From positions 3,432 to 67,431 of the forward strand of contig JACPRW010000008.1 of NCBI GenBank assembly GCA_016193585.1: 64,000 nt of DNA, given 5' to 3'. Below the pieces are notes generated by a model that ran no database searches, was not told the DNA's origin, and saw only the letters and a program-made list of their open reading frames with translations. Source of the DNA: Candidatus Aenigmatarchaeota archaeon (GTDB lineage Archaea > Aenigmatarchaeota > Aenigmatarchaeia > GW2011-AR5). The position numbers and the translations under genes were made by a program. Numbering within the stretch: position 1 is the stretch's first letter; every line of letters begins with the position of its first letter. Shown here piece by piece: positions 9,617 through 19,221 of this stretch.

Positions 9617-9929
9617 TTAAGCTTTCTGCGGCAACTTGACCATACTACCTTCCATGCTTTCTTTTGGCATTCTCTCATAGTAAGTTCAGTTGATAATCAG
9701 ACTTTTTCTGAACTTGCTATGAAGGAGATTTGGTAGATATGAAGTTCACTAATGTACCGAATCGACTATCAGAAGCGTTGAGAATTTCAATTGACAGTAT
9801 CTTGCCGTCTTTCGTGTAATCGATTATCACGCCTTTGTCTATTTCTTTACTTACTTCGTACTTGCCCTTCTGGAATTCGATATCCATTGAATCTGTTTCT
9901 GGGTCGTATACAATTTCCATATGCATCAC
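9617..9929 (-). pseudogene. DUF2283 antitoxin-like gene interrupted by a palindromic insertion
   Basis: YDPETDSMDI...IEILNAS; removing 9678-9771 restores ...NASERMPKESMEGSMVKLPQKA* (72 aa). Confidence 0.75.
9678..9768. mobile_element. TAG...CTA mini-element with 3-bp target duplication TCA/TCA
   Basis: Starts with a 42-bp unit TAGTAAGTTCAG...CTGAACTTGCTA; flanked by TCA at 9675-9677 and 9769-9771. Confidence 0.75.
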
Positions 9930-10243
9930 CTATACCTCTCTAGCTCTGAATGATATGCTCCTATATACCACCGACTGATTCATGGAGAGCAGAGCTCTCC
10001 TGAATTTCATAGAAACTTCTGGTTTCTGATGAAAAGTCGGTGGTTTCCATGGAGCATGGCATCTGCAACTGCGGAAAGTGGAAGCTTTCCGCAGTTGAGA
10101 TCTCAAAGAGCTCTGCTCTTTGAAGATCCCGAATGCCTTGTGTTTTATCTGCTGTCTAAGGGCAGCAGTTTTCAAGGCATTCAAGATAATACGATGTTAT
10201 AACCTTTAGAAAAGCTGTTAAAAAACTTCTTAGACGATCGGCG
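9926..10243 (-). pseudogene. DUF4258-like toxin 3' remnant split by an ATGCTCC element
   Basis: Removing 9955-10187 gives ...LKVITSYYHSELERYR* with TGA close-coupled to the DUF2283 start. Confidence 0.55.
9955..10187 (+). mobile_element. ATGCTCC...TCAAGAT palindromic element, long copy with nested hairpin cassettes
   Basis: Same ends and CCACCGRCT/AGTCGGTGG stem as copies at 19227 and 22295. Confidence 0.8.
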
Positions 10244-10260
10244 ACCTACTCCCCTATTCG

Positions 10261-11607
10261 TCACGCAACCAGCGCCTGCACGCGCGACGCGAAGCGCGAC
10301 CGTTCCTGCTGCAGCGATGACTGCTCCTTCTGCAGCCACTTCTCCACCTTGTCGATGCCGAGGTTTCCCGGAGCGCCGAGGTGCTTCCGCGTCCTGATGG
10401 TCCTGTCCGGGTTGCTTTTTTCGAGCGCGATGAAATTGTATTCGACTTCCTTGTACGCGTCCCTGAACGGTACCCCGCGGCTGACGAGCTCGAACGCCTT
10501 GTCGGCGGCGAAAATTTCCGGCGTGAACGATTTCATGAGCTTTTCCTTGTTGACTTTCAGGTCTTTCATGAGCATCGTAGCCATCTGCAGGCATGACTTC
10601 GTTGTTTCGAGCCCTTTGATGAGCGGCTCCTTCGTCTCCTGGAAATCGCGGTTATAGCCCGACGGCAGGTCCTTGATGATGCCGATAGTCTGGTGGTAGT
10701 ACGCGAACACCTTGTTGCTGCGGGCGCGGATGAGCTCGAGTATGTCGGGATTCCGCTTTTTCGGCATGATGCTCGAGCCGGTGCAGTATTCCTCCGGTAT
10801 CTCGAAGAAGCCGAACTCGTCCGTCGAGAAGAGTATGACGTCGTTCGCCATCTTGGTGAGGTCGAGCATGACCTGGGAGAGCGCGCCGAGAACGACCGAC
10901 TCTATTTTGCCGCGGCTGTTCTGGACGTACAGCACGTTGTTCTGCACCTTGCCGAAGCCGAGCAGGCTGGCAGTCATCTGACGATCAATCGCGACGGGAA
11001 CGCCGTAGCCGGCGGCGCTGCCGAGCGGGCACTGGTCATTGAGCGCATACGCTGCCTTGAGCAGATCGAGGTCGTCGAGCAGCGATTCGGCATAGGCTAA
11101 TGCCCACAAGGCGACCGAGGACGGCATCGCCTTCTGCAGGTGCGTGTAGCCGGGCATCGGTATGTCAGATTTCCGGGAGAAAGCGATGAGCGCTGCGCAT
11201 AACGAGAGTAACTCTTCCTCCACTTCGAGCATCCTGTCTTTCGTGTAGAGCCGCGTATCAAGAATAATCTGGTCGTTGCGGGAGCGCGCGGTGTGTATTT
11301 TCTTGCCGATTTCGCCGAGCTCGCGCGTGAGATGCAGCTCAACCTTCGTGTGGACGTCTTCGTCGTCAACCGAGAGTTTGAATTTTTTTTCCGCGTTCAG
11401 CTTGAGTATGTGCTTCATCGATTTCCTGAGCTTGTCGAGCTCGTCCTTCGTGAGGACACCGATTTTCTGGAGCATGGTCGCGTGCGCGATGCTGCCGATG
11501 ACGTCGTAGTGCACGAGATGCTGGTCGAGCAGGACGTCGTCGCCCGCGGTGAATTCGCTGACCTCTTTCCTGAGCTTTCCGCTGAAGTCTTCTTCCCAGA
11601 GTTTCAT
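10261..11607 (-). CDS. argH: argininosuccinate lyase
   Basis: HTARSRNDQ, PGYTHLQ, TGSSIMPKKRNPD, YNRDFQ. Confidence 0.96.
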   Translation of the reverse strand: MKLWEEDFSGKLRKEVSEFTAGDDVLLDQHLVHYDVIGSIAHATMLQKIGVLTKDELDKLRKSMKHILKLNAEKKFKLSVDDEDVHTKVELHLTRELGEIGKKIHTARSRNDQIILDTRLYTKDRMLEVEEELLSLCAALIAFSRKSDIPMPGYTHLQKAMPSSVALWALAYAESLLDDLDLLKAAYALNDQCPLGSAAGYGVPVAIDRQMTASLLGFGKVQNNVLYVQNSRGKIESVVLGALSQVMLDLTKMANDVILFSTDEFGFFEIPEEYCTGSSIMPKKRNPDILELIRARSNKVFAYYHQTIGIIKDLPSGYNRDFQETKEPLIKGLETTKSCLQMATMLMKDLKVNKEKLMKSFTPEIFAADKAFELVSRGVPFRDAYKEVEYNFIALEKSNPDRTIRTRKHLGAPGNLGIDKVEKWLQKEQSSLQQERSRFASRVQALVA

Positions 11608-11692
11608 GGCAATCACGCAGGCAACTGAGGAAAAGCGCACCGGCTTGCAGTCTGCTTACAATGTTCACCGTACAAGATTTATAAAGGTTTTG

Positions 11693-12931
11693 CTACCAGG
11701 CGAGGAAAAGCCAGTACACGGCGACATTGATGATGGTGAGCGGAATGCCTATCTTTGCAAATTCAAGGAACGATATGGTTGTCCCCTGCTTCTCCGCCCT
11801 CTGGATGATAATCACGTTGCTCGCGGCGCCGAGAATGAGCGCATTGCCGGCAATGGTGCTGCCGGCGGCGAGCGCCATGAGCGACGCAGTGGACGCATGG
11901 AGATGGCCGAGCAGCGGAAGGTAGAGCGCGACAAGCGGCACGTTGGAGAGCACCTGACTGAGCAGCACGCTGACGATGAAAATCGCATGCACTGACGTTA
12001 TGTCGTAGCCGTTTATGAACGACTGGAAGAAGCCCGTCTCCCAGACGCTTGCCATGAGGACGAACATGGACGCGAAAAAGACGAGCGTCTGCCAGTCTAT
12101 GGAGCGCACGATTTCGATGCGCCGCGGGCTCAGCGCCACGACGGGAAGCGCTGCAATGAGCGCGATGTACGTCAGCCGGAAATCAGCGGATACGCCGGCG
12201 AAAAGGAGCGCTATCTTGGCGGCAACGAGAAGCAGCACGAGCAGGAGGGATACCTTTGCGAGCTGTGCGAGCGCGTGGTCTTTGATGGGCTCGGCTGCAT
12301 GGTTGAGCCTGCGCCGATGAAAATGGCTGCGATAAAATATTTTGAGCACGGCAAATGCCAGCAACAGGTTTATTATGGTGGGGATGAAAAGGTAGCTGAA
12401 AAATGTCGCGAAAGGGTTGTGCATGTTTCCCTGCGTGGCAATGAGCAGATTCTGCGGATTGCCGATGGGGCTCATGACGCTCCCTATGGTAACGGCGAAG
12501 GCGAGCGCAAGGAGCAGGACAACCGGCGGCATGTCGTTCTTCCGTGCGAGCAGGAGGACAACCGGCGTGCCGATGATGGCGAGCATGTCGTTGAGCAGGA
12601 ATGCCGACGCGATGCCCATGACGAAAAGGATAAAGAGCACGAGCATGTCAGCGGTGCGCGCCCGCCTGAAGAACGTGTACGCGAGGTGCGAAAGGTAGCC
12701 GCTTTCTTCCATAGCCCGCCCGACGATGAACATGCCAGAGAGGAACAGGAGCACGTCGAAATTGACCGCCGCGAGCGCATGGGGCAGCGTTATCTGGCCG
12801 GCGAGCAGGACGGCAAGCGCTCCGCCAAGCATCACCTGCCACATCGGGAGCCTGAAGCCTCCTATGTTCCGGAAGGCTGTGAGGACGAAGACGGCAAACA
12901 GCACGGCAACAGGAAGGAACACTGCATTCAC
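11693..12931 (-). CDS. ArsB/NhaD (SLC13-like) anion permease
   Basis: SAFLLND, SPIGNPQN, SNVP, GAASNVII; about 12 TM helices. Confidence 0.88.
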   Translation of the reverse strand: MNAVFLPVAVLFAVFVLTAFRNIGGFRLPMWQVMLGGALAVLLAGQITLPHALAAVNFDVLLFLSGMFIVGRAMEESGYLSHLAYTFFRRARTADMLVLFILFVMGIASAFLLNDMLAIIGTPVVLLLARKNDMPPVVLLLALAFAVTIGSVMSPIGNPQNLLIATQGNMHNPFATFFSYLFIPTIINLLLAFAVLKIFYRSHFHRRRLNHAAEPIKDHALAQLAKVSLLLVLLLVAAKIALLFAGVSADFRLTYIALIAALPVVALSPRRIEIVRSIDWQTLVFFASMFVLMASVWETGFFQSFINGYDITSVHAIFIVSVLLSQVLSNVPLVALYLPLLGHLHASTASLMALAAGSTIAGNALILGAASNVIIIQRAEKQGTTISFLEFAKIGIPLTIINVAVYWLFLAW

Positions 12932-13425
12932 CGGTTTCCGTTAGACGGAAGCCGGAAAACAACCGTTTGCTCCCTGCATCCGCGCTTGTAAAGGGGGCAG
13001 CGTATGCAGTCACGCTGCAGCTTTTCCAGAGGGCGATATGCAGCAGGCTCAAAACCGTTCGACTCGAAAACACCGAGCGCTTCCTTGTTCACCAGCGCAT
13101 AGAGCACCTCGTGGCCTGCTTCTGCTGCACGCTGTTTCCCGTATTCGAGCAGCGCCCTGCCAACGCCTCTTTCACGATATTCCCTTGCAACAACAAAGGA
13201 CCGCAGTTCCGCGATGCCGTTGTAGTCCAGCACCGACGCGCAGCCTGCCAGTGAACCATCGTCATCCGCGACAAAAAAGCGCCCATCGTCGGCAATGCTA
13301 CGAATTTCTTCTGTATCAACGGGTATCAGGTACCCTGAGCCGTCTTCCCTGAACGTGTGCGCGTCTATCAGTTCATGGATGCGCTCGGCATCACCGTGTG
13401 CGGCAGGCCTGACAACAAGTTTCAT
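12928..13425 (-). CDS. GNAT acetyltransferase, short ArgA (N-acetylglutamate synthase)-like
   Basis: AELRSFVV...RGVGRALL and C-terminal KLQRDCIRCPLYKRGCRE. Confidence 0.75.
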   Translation of the reverse strand: MKLVVRPAAHGDAERIHELIDAHTFREDGSGYLIPVDTEEIRSIADDGRFFVADDDGSLAGCASVLDYNGIAELRSFVVAREYRERGVGRALLEYGKQRAAEAGHEVLYALVNKEALGVFESNGFEPAAYRPLEKLQRDCIRCPLYKRGCREQTVVFRLPSNGNR

Positions 13426-13444
13426 TGATTGACACCGTGCAATG

Positions 13445-14566
13445 CTAGGAGCTGGCGAGCTGCCGGTAGAGATCGAGATACGCATCAGTCATTGCTGCAG
13501 CGCTGAAATGCCGCACAACACGCTCCCTGCAGGCAGACGGCCGTATCCTGTGGATGTACTGCACTGCCTTTCCCATCTCGCCAGCTGTTTCAACGATGTA
13601 CCCCGTCCTTCCGTCATCGATGACTTCAGGAACAGACCCCCTGTTGTAGGCGATAACCGGCGTCCCTGAAGCCATCGCTTCTACCATAACGAGTCCGAAC
13701 GGCTCTTCCCATGCTATTGGCATGAGAAATGCCTTTGCGTGGGCGTACAGCGGCCTCTTCTGTGCATCATTCACTGGGCCTGCGTACACGATCCGGGCAT
13801 TCTGGCTGGGTACGAGAGAACGGTAAGCATGGAACTTGTCGACTTCTGGAGAAATATCGTGCGTCAGATGAGGGCGTACCCGCTCATCGAAATAGTCTTT
13901 ATTTCCTACATTTCCTGCTATGATGACATCCAGACCTGCTCTTTCCCCGATATCAAGCGCAACGTGCTGCCCCTTGTGCGGCGCGATGCCGCCAAGAATG
14001 AGCAGGTAATCTGCTTTTGTACCCGAAAATTCGAAGCTGTCGGGGTCTATGCCGTTATAGACGACATGCCCGACATGGTAACCGGCACGCTCGTACGTTC
14101 TTCTCTGGCTTTCGCTAATTGCTACCATGCGCGCGCCAAGCTGCGCCACAGACGGAAATGTGCGCGGATCCCAGAACCCCCCCTCGCAGTCGCTGTGCAG
14201 CGTCAGCAGGGAAGGCCGTTTAATCAGTCCCATGAACGGCAACAGGTAATCGTCGTGCACATGGACTACATCAACAGCTTCGTTGCTCGCATAACCAAGC
14301 GATTTGTGAACATGCCAGAGCAATGAATATGAATCGCCAAACGCAAGACCTTCGCCTTTGTCCAGTACGCCTGTAATGCCCATTTCATGCGAAAGCGTAG
14401 GAAGCAGTGTCCCCGACGTCGCCGATGTTGCTGGCCCTGCAACATACGAGTCAATGCCGCGCTCAGTGAGGCCGCGGTCGAGCAGGTACACAATGCGCTC
14501 GGTGCCGCCGTAGGCGAGGTCTTTTTTCACCGGCAGGAACGGGGTTGATATCTGGAGCGCTTTCAT
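13445..14566 (-). CDS. glycosyltransferase family 4 (GT-B)
   Basis: YGGTER, HVVYNGID, WEEPFGLVMVEAMASGTPV. Confidence 0.92.
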   Translation of the reverse strand: MKALQISTPFLPVKKDLAYGGTERIVYLLDRGLTERGIDSYVAGPATSATSGTLLPTLSHEMGITGVLDKGEGLAFGDSYSLLWHVHKSLGYASNEAVDVVHVHDDYLLPFMGLIKRPSLLTLHSDCEGGFWDPRTFPSVAQLGARMVAISESQRRTYERAGYHVGHVVYNGIDPDSFEFSGTKADYLLILGGIAPHKGQHVALDIGERAGLDVIIAGNVGNKDYFDERVRPHLTHDISPEVDKFHAYRSLVPSQNARIVYAGPVNDAQKRPLYAHAKAFLMPIAWEEPFGLVMVEAMASGTPVIAYNRGSVPEVIDDGRTGYIVETAGEMGKAVQYIHRIRPSACRERVVRHFSAAAMTDAYLDLYRQLASS

Positions 14567-14579
14567 AAAGAACCGCCTG

Positions 14580-15983
14580 TCAGCTCATCCTGCGCATCGG
14601 CTTGGGGATTGTTGCCGCCGCATCGAGTATTGAAGGCCAGGCGGCCATCGTGCCATTAATGACATCGAGCTCATGCCGTATCCGCGCATTCATTGCTGTA
14701 TGGAATGCGTCCGCATCAAAGCCTGCATAGGCGTCGCGAAACTGCGAGGCAAAGGCAAGATATGCGCCGCGGTTTGTTTCGCCCTCCGCCGCACGCCGCA
14801 CAGCAGCATCATAAAAATGCCTGGCGGCAGCCACAAGGCTGCGGGCTTCTTCGTTGCTCACCTCGCCGTTTTTCCCGAAACGGAGCGTTAATCCGTCTGC
14901 GTGCTCAAGGGTCTCACGGAGCACGCCCTTAAGGAAATTTGCGTGCGCCTCGTTGTGGAAATCTTTGGGTATGGATTCCCTACTGTACGGATCCCGGTAG
15001 TGGCTCTGGATTGCATCAACATGCACAGTGGCGACATCAGCATGCTGCCGTGACCACAAACGGTAGGCGTAATCCTCGCAGCGGAGCTTTGTCGGAAGAA
15101 AAGGCGGCAGGCCACCGGTGTTGTCGTAGCCGGAAACGCCGCAATCGATGCGCCAGTTGTTCTGGGAAACGAATGGGCGATGCGCCTTCTGCACATACTT
15201 TATGCTCATGTCATTGACCGCGAGCATCTCAGGCCCTCCTGGTCTGAGAAATTCCTCTGCATAGTCATGGGCATCAACGTCGTATGAGCCTGTCCTGAAT
15301 GTCTGTGCAATTTTAATGCGTGCATTCGGATTCACGTGCCCGTCAACAAGGGAAAGCGCGTTGCTCCTCCCTTCGCAAATGGAGCCAACGGTTGTATTGG
15401 TATAGAGGTCGGTCATATCGTCCCGCACGGCGGCGGCAACAGGTACGCCGGACCCTGTGAATGCGGAAACAGGTTTTCCAAGGAACTGGAGGAATGCGCC
15501 GGCGATATCCTGTTCTTCTTTCCGGTATGTGGGGCTGTTCACATGAACAAACACGCCCTTTGCAACCTCGGGATAGTGCAGACCTTCTGGCGTGTTGTGC
15601 AGCAGCGCATGAGGGCGCATATCATCGTCAACGCTGATACACATGCCGCCGAGCGTGTAGGCAACTGTGAAATTCCTGTTGCCGCCATAGCTCGGCTTGA
15701 AGGTTTCACCTAACGCCCGCGCTGGCACGTCTGCGCCGAGAGTGCCGGCCATGCGGTCGAGGAATGCGGCTTTTTCTTCAGGTCCGGCGTAGAAAACGCC
15801 TCCTGGATTGGATATGTAACGAAGCTGGCCCGCGCTCTGCTGCGAGCGCTGGTGCCCGGAATCGTCAAAAACGATGATAGGGACCTCGTGCCCGTAACGG
15901 GCGAAATTGTGCGCGTATGCAGAAACAACCCTGCTCGCATGCTCTATGCGGTAGGTCGGTATAACCAGTGCAACATCATTCAT
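14580..15983 (-). CDS. divergent GT-A fold protein (glycosyltransferase or nucleotide-sugar mutase-like)
   Basis: LVIPTYR, IIVFDDS, YGGNRN, ISVDDD, CEDY; GGTGA RBS before the ATG at 15983. Confidence 0.65.
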   Translation of the reverse strand: MNDVALVIPTYRIEHASRVVSAYAHNFARYGHEVPIIVFDDSGHQRSQQSAGQLRYISNPGGVFYAGPEEKAAFLDRMAGTLGADVPARALGETFKPSYGGNRNFTVAYTLGGMCISVDDDMRPHALLHNTPEGLHYPEVAKGVFVHVNSPTYRKEEQDIAGAFLQFLGKPVSAFTGSGVPVAAAVRDDMTDLYTNTTVGSICEGRSNALSLVDGHVNPNARIKIAQTFRTGSYDVDAHDYAEEFLRPGGPEMLAVNDMSIKYVQKAHRPFVSQNNWRIDCGVSGYDNTGGLPPFLPTKLRCEDYAYRLWSRQHADVATVHVDAIQSHYRDPYSRESIPKDFHNEAHANFLKGVLRETLEHADGLTLRFGKNGEVSNEEARSLVAAARHFYDAAVRRAAEGETNRGAYLAFASQFRDAYAGFDADAFHTAMNARIRHELDVINGTMAAWPSILDAAATIPKPMRRMS

Positions 15984-16213
15984 ACAGGAATCACCTGCCA
16001 TTGATGCTAAAGATGCTGGTGAGCACATCCTTCTTGACTGCCGGCATCTCCTGGGAAACAGCTATTCGACAATCACCAGTGAACACGATGAACAATAGGC
16101 GTGATCCCCCTTATGTATAAAGGTGTGCAGCCTGCATCCCGGGCAGTATGCCGTCTGGGAGAGGTGGGACACTTTAAGGAGTTTCATGCGTGTCTCTCAT
16201 GCAAACAAGCGCA

Positions 16214-16453
16214 TCACGCAGGCCTTCCGTATGCGTTTTTTTCCGGCGTGCGCTGCGGCGCATAGTCCGGATAGCGGCGGTGGAGATCGGCAAGCATTGC
16301 CCGTGCCCATGGCTGGCGCTCTTCCTGGGCGATTGCCGCGCCCTTATACACGCCGCTGTTCATCGCCTCGAAAATGCACGACCTTTCAGCAGTGTATGCG
16401 CGGCGCCTGCAATGCCGGAATGCATTCCCACGCATAAGTGAGTCGATTCTCAT
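16214..16453 (-). CDS. small hypothetical protein
   Basis: 79-aa ORF co-directional with neighbours; no recognised motif. Confidence 0.4.
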   Translation of the reverse strand: MRIDSLMRGNAFRHCRRRAYTAERSCIFEAMNSGVYKGAAIAQEERQPWARAMLADLHRRYPDYAPQRTPEKNAYGRPA

Positions 16454-16480
16454 GAGACCAACCCCGATGCCATCCGTGCA

Positions 16481-16747
16481 CTAGAGCGGAAGTCCATTGC
16501 TGATGAACGGCCGGTAAGCGTCGAAGGAAATTGCCGCCCTGTAGCCGTGCTCGCTGGCGAGTTCCCTGATGTCATCAGCATACCTGCGGATTCGCTGCGC
16601 ATTTTCCGGGGTGCCGAGGCTGCCAAGCTGCCCGCTCACCAGATACGTTCTGCCAGCGCTCATGACGAGCTGGAAGTCCTCCCGTAGGTGCGATGGCACC
16701 TGCAACCCGTTGCGGCGATTACCGGTGAGTTCTGCTATTACATACAC
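16481..16747 (-). CDS. small hypothetical protein
   Basis: 88-aa ORF directly after the HTH gene. Confidence 0.5.
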   Translation of the reverse strand: MYVIAELTGNRRNGLQVPSHLREDFQLVMSAGRTYLVSGQLGSLGTPENAQRIRRYADDIRELASEHGYRAAISFDAYRPFISNGLPL

Positions 16748-16751
16748 TGTT

Positions 16752-17117
16752 CTACCCCCTCCATTCTGTGGAATGTTCGCTCCCTTTCACAATGCTCCTC
16801 GCCATTTTCCTTCTCGTCTTCTCCACCGAAATAATCATGTCCTTGGCGGCCTGCATGATGCTTTCAGGCGAATGGGCGTAGTAGACGTACTTGAGGCGCT
16901 TGTCTTCCACAACTTTTTTGAAGACAAAATTTCTCTCGGTCAGGTCGTCAAGGTATGTCCGCAGCATCCGCTCGGACATGTGCGACGCCTTCTGGAGCTG
17001 TTTGATGGTCATCGGCTTCTTCATGAGTATCTCGAATATCTGGAGCTCGTGGCCTTTCATGCTGAAGAGCGTGAACAACGGGAGAATGGCAGCTGCAGGC
17101 GCGATTCGAACTGGCAT
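16752..17117 (-). CDS. winged-HTH (TrmB-like) regulator
   Basis: MTIKQLQKASHMSERMLRTYLDDL...KYVYYAHSPE. Confidence 0.78.
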   Translation of the reverse strand: MPVRIAPAAAILPLFTLFSMKGHELQIFEILMKKPMTIKQLQKASHMSERMLRTYLDDLTERNFVFKKVVEDKRLKYVYYAHSPESIMQAAKDMIISVEKTRRKMARSIVKGSEHSTEWRG

Positions 17118-17259
17118 ACAGTTATTACATCCGGCAACTATTTAAATCTATGCAAAAATAGTGCAGACGTAAGAAAAAATAGAGCAATGATGCAGACGAG
17201 CAGGTGACCGTGCAGTAGAAAACCGAGAGCGCCCTGTGTTCGTTGGCCGGATGAACTGG

Positions 17260-17871
17260 TCATCGTATGCCGATGCTTTCGAGAGTTTCGACGACTTTTG
17301 ACAAATCCCTTTTGTCGAATACGAGTATGGTGTCGGTATAGCAGCTGTACGTTTCCTCAATGTTTATCCCCCGCTCGGCGAGCGCGGAGCATACGTACGC
17401 CATGACGCCTATGGCATTTTCTATTTCTGGCGGGCTTATTATTTTCACCTCGAGCATGTTTTCCTTCTTCTTGATGCAGTCGATGTCAAGTGCGTAGTCC
17501 GTAAGCACCGTTACTGCGCTGCTGCCTTTCACCAGGTGAAGATACGCTGATTTCTGGATGTCGCGTATGGCATGCGGTCTGACGATGTAGACGTTCACTC
17601 CTGTCTTTATCTCCAGGCGGCTTCTCCTGAAGAGGTCTATCAATTCCTTCCCCGTGGATTTCAGCACGCGTATGTCCCTCTGGAATCTCCGCACAGCCAC
17701 GATAACGGCGTCGAAATTCCTGATGCCCAGCTCTCTCTGTATCTCCCGCGAAACAGAGGAGAAGTTTATCACATCCTTCTTGAGCGCGTAGACTAGGTAC
17801 GGCCGTTCCCTCAGCCACGCGTAGACGAGCTTAGCCACCGACCGCCCCGCCATATGTCCTGTATATGTCAT
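17260..17871 (-). CDS. ACT-domain regulator with N-terminal helical domain
   Basis: DVINFSSVSREI...IENAIGVMAYVCSALAERGINIEETYSCYTDT. Confidence 0.8.
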   Translation of the reverse strand: MTYTGHMAGRSVAKLVYAWLRERPYLVYALKKDVINFSSVSREIQRELGIRNFDAVIVAVRRFQRDIRVLKSTGKELIDLFRRSRLEIKTGVNVYIVRPHAIRDIQKSAYLHLVKGSSAVTVLTDYALDIDCIKKKENMLEVKIISPPEIENAIGVMAYVCSALAERGINIEETYSCYTDTILVFDKRDLSKVVETLESIGIR

Positions 17872-17950
17872 AAAAGTATTTAAAATGTTCTATTCTAGAC
17901 ATAAGATATTTATACTGCGGCGGGGATAGATTGGGATTGCGGTGTAGGGT

Positions 17951-18277
17951 ATGGCGCTCAGGAAAGTACTATACGTGAAGGAAAAAGAGGAGTATGAGGA
18001 AGGTAAAGGTTATCACAAGTACTGGGCAGGACCGTCCAACGAGCGGTACGGCGCGGAAGGATACCAGCATCTAGCGACGTTCATTTCCCAAAAGGTGTGG
18101 GTGCCGCTCCCGCCGCTGGGTGAAATTGCGCGGGAAGGCAACGAAGCGCTGTTTGCTGGACTGGAATCGTTGTTCCCAAGTTACGGGGATGTGGTTATAG
18201 AGTACCAAGGCACCTGGACTGGAAGTGGAAGGTTTGGCAATTTTCCCCCTCACTGGACTGTCTACGGGAAAAAGTGA
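17951..18277 (+). CDS. hypothetical protein
   Basis: 108 aa, TATA box upstream, GTGA overlap with argF. Confidence 0.55.
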   Translation: MALRKVLYVKEKEEYEEGKGYHKYWAGPSNERYGAEGYQHLATFISQKVWVPLPPLGEIAREGNEALFAGLESLFPSYGDVVIEYQGTWTGSGRFGNFPPHWTVYGKK

Positions 18278-19221
18278 ATGGTGATGAAAGTATGAATCTC
18301 CTCTCGATAAACGATATTGAAGCGCACCAGTTCAAGGAAATACTCGAACTCGCGCACCACATAAAAGTGTATCCGGAGTACTGCACCAATGTGCTCAAAG
18401 GCAAGATGTTAGTCCTCTACTTCGAGAAGCCTTCGACGAGAACGAGGCTGAGCTTTGAGGCAGCCATGAAACAGCTCGGTGGCCATGCGCTCTTTTTCGA
18501 CATCCCGAACTCGCATCTAGGAAAGGGGAAGGAAGATCTGAGGGATACTGCACAGGTTATAGCGCAGTATGCAGACATCATTGCGGCGAGAGTATACAAG
18601 AACGAAACGCTGGAGAAGATTGCGTCATATGTGGAGATACCGGTCATCAACGCGCTTTCGGACAAGGAGCATCCGTGCCAGGCGCTTGCCGACGTGCTCA
18701 CCATACTCGAGCATAAGGGGAAGACAGCAAAAGTCGCCTATGTAGGCGACGGGAATAACGTGTGCAATTCGCTCGCGCTGGCATGCGCAAAGCTCGGCAT
18801 ATCTATAACGGTTTCCTGCCCACCGGGATACGAGCCCGCTGCCACAGTTTCGGTAGTGCGCGATCCGGCCGAGGCAGTGCAGGACGCGGATGTGGTGTAC
18901 ACCGACGTGTGGGTTTCCATGGGCAATGAGCATGAAGCAAAACAAAGGGAAAAGGATTTCATGCCCTACCAGGTCGATGCGGCGCTCATGGAACGCGCGA
19001 AACCGGGCGCCATCTTCATGCACTGCCTGCCGGCGGTGAAGGGGAGTGAAGTAAGCGCGGACGTTATAGAAGGCCCGCAATCTGTCGTGCTCCAGCAGGC
19101 AGCCAATCGTCTTCATGTGCAGAAGGCGCTGCTGCTCCTTTTGAACGAGACGGCGGGGAAAAGGGAGAGCGCATGCGCCCCTGCGCAGTTCGTTTCCACA
19201 GGCGAGTCGTATGACTGGTGA
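18274..19221 (+). CDS. argF: ornithine carbamoyltransferase
   Basis: PSTRTR, HPCQ, GDGNN, DVWVSMG, HCLP. Confidence 0.96.
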   Translation: MNGDESMNLLSINDIEAHQFKEILELAHHIKVYPEYCTNVLKGKMLVLYFEKPSTRTRLSFEAAMKQLGGHALFFDIPNSHLGKGKEDLRDTAQVIAQYADIIAARVYKNETLEKIASYVEIPVINALSDKEHPCQALADVLTILEHKGKTAKVAYVGDGNNVCNSLALACAKLGISITVSCPPGYEPAATVSVVRDPAEAVQDADVVYTDVWVSMGNEHEAKQREKDFMPYQVDAALMERAKPGAIFMHCLPAVKGSEVSADVIEGPQSVVLQQAANRLHVQKALLLLLNETAGKRESACAPAQFVSTGESYDW

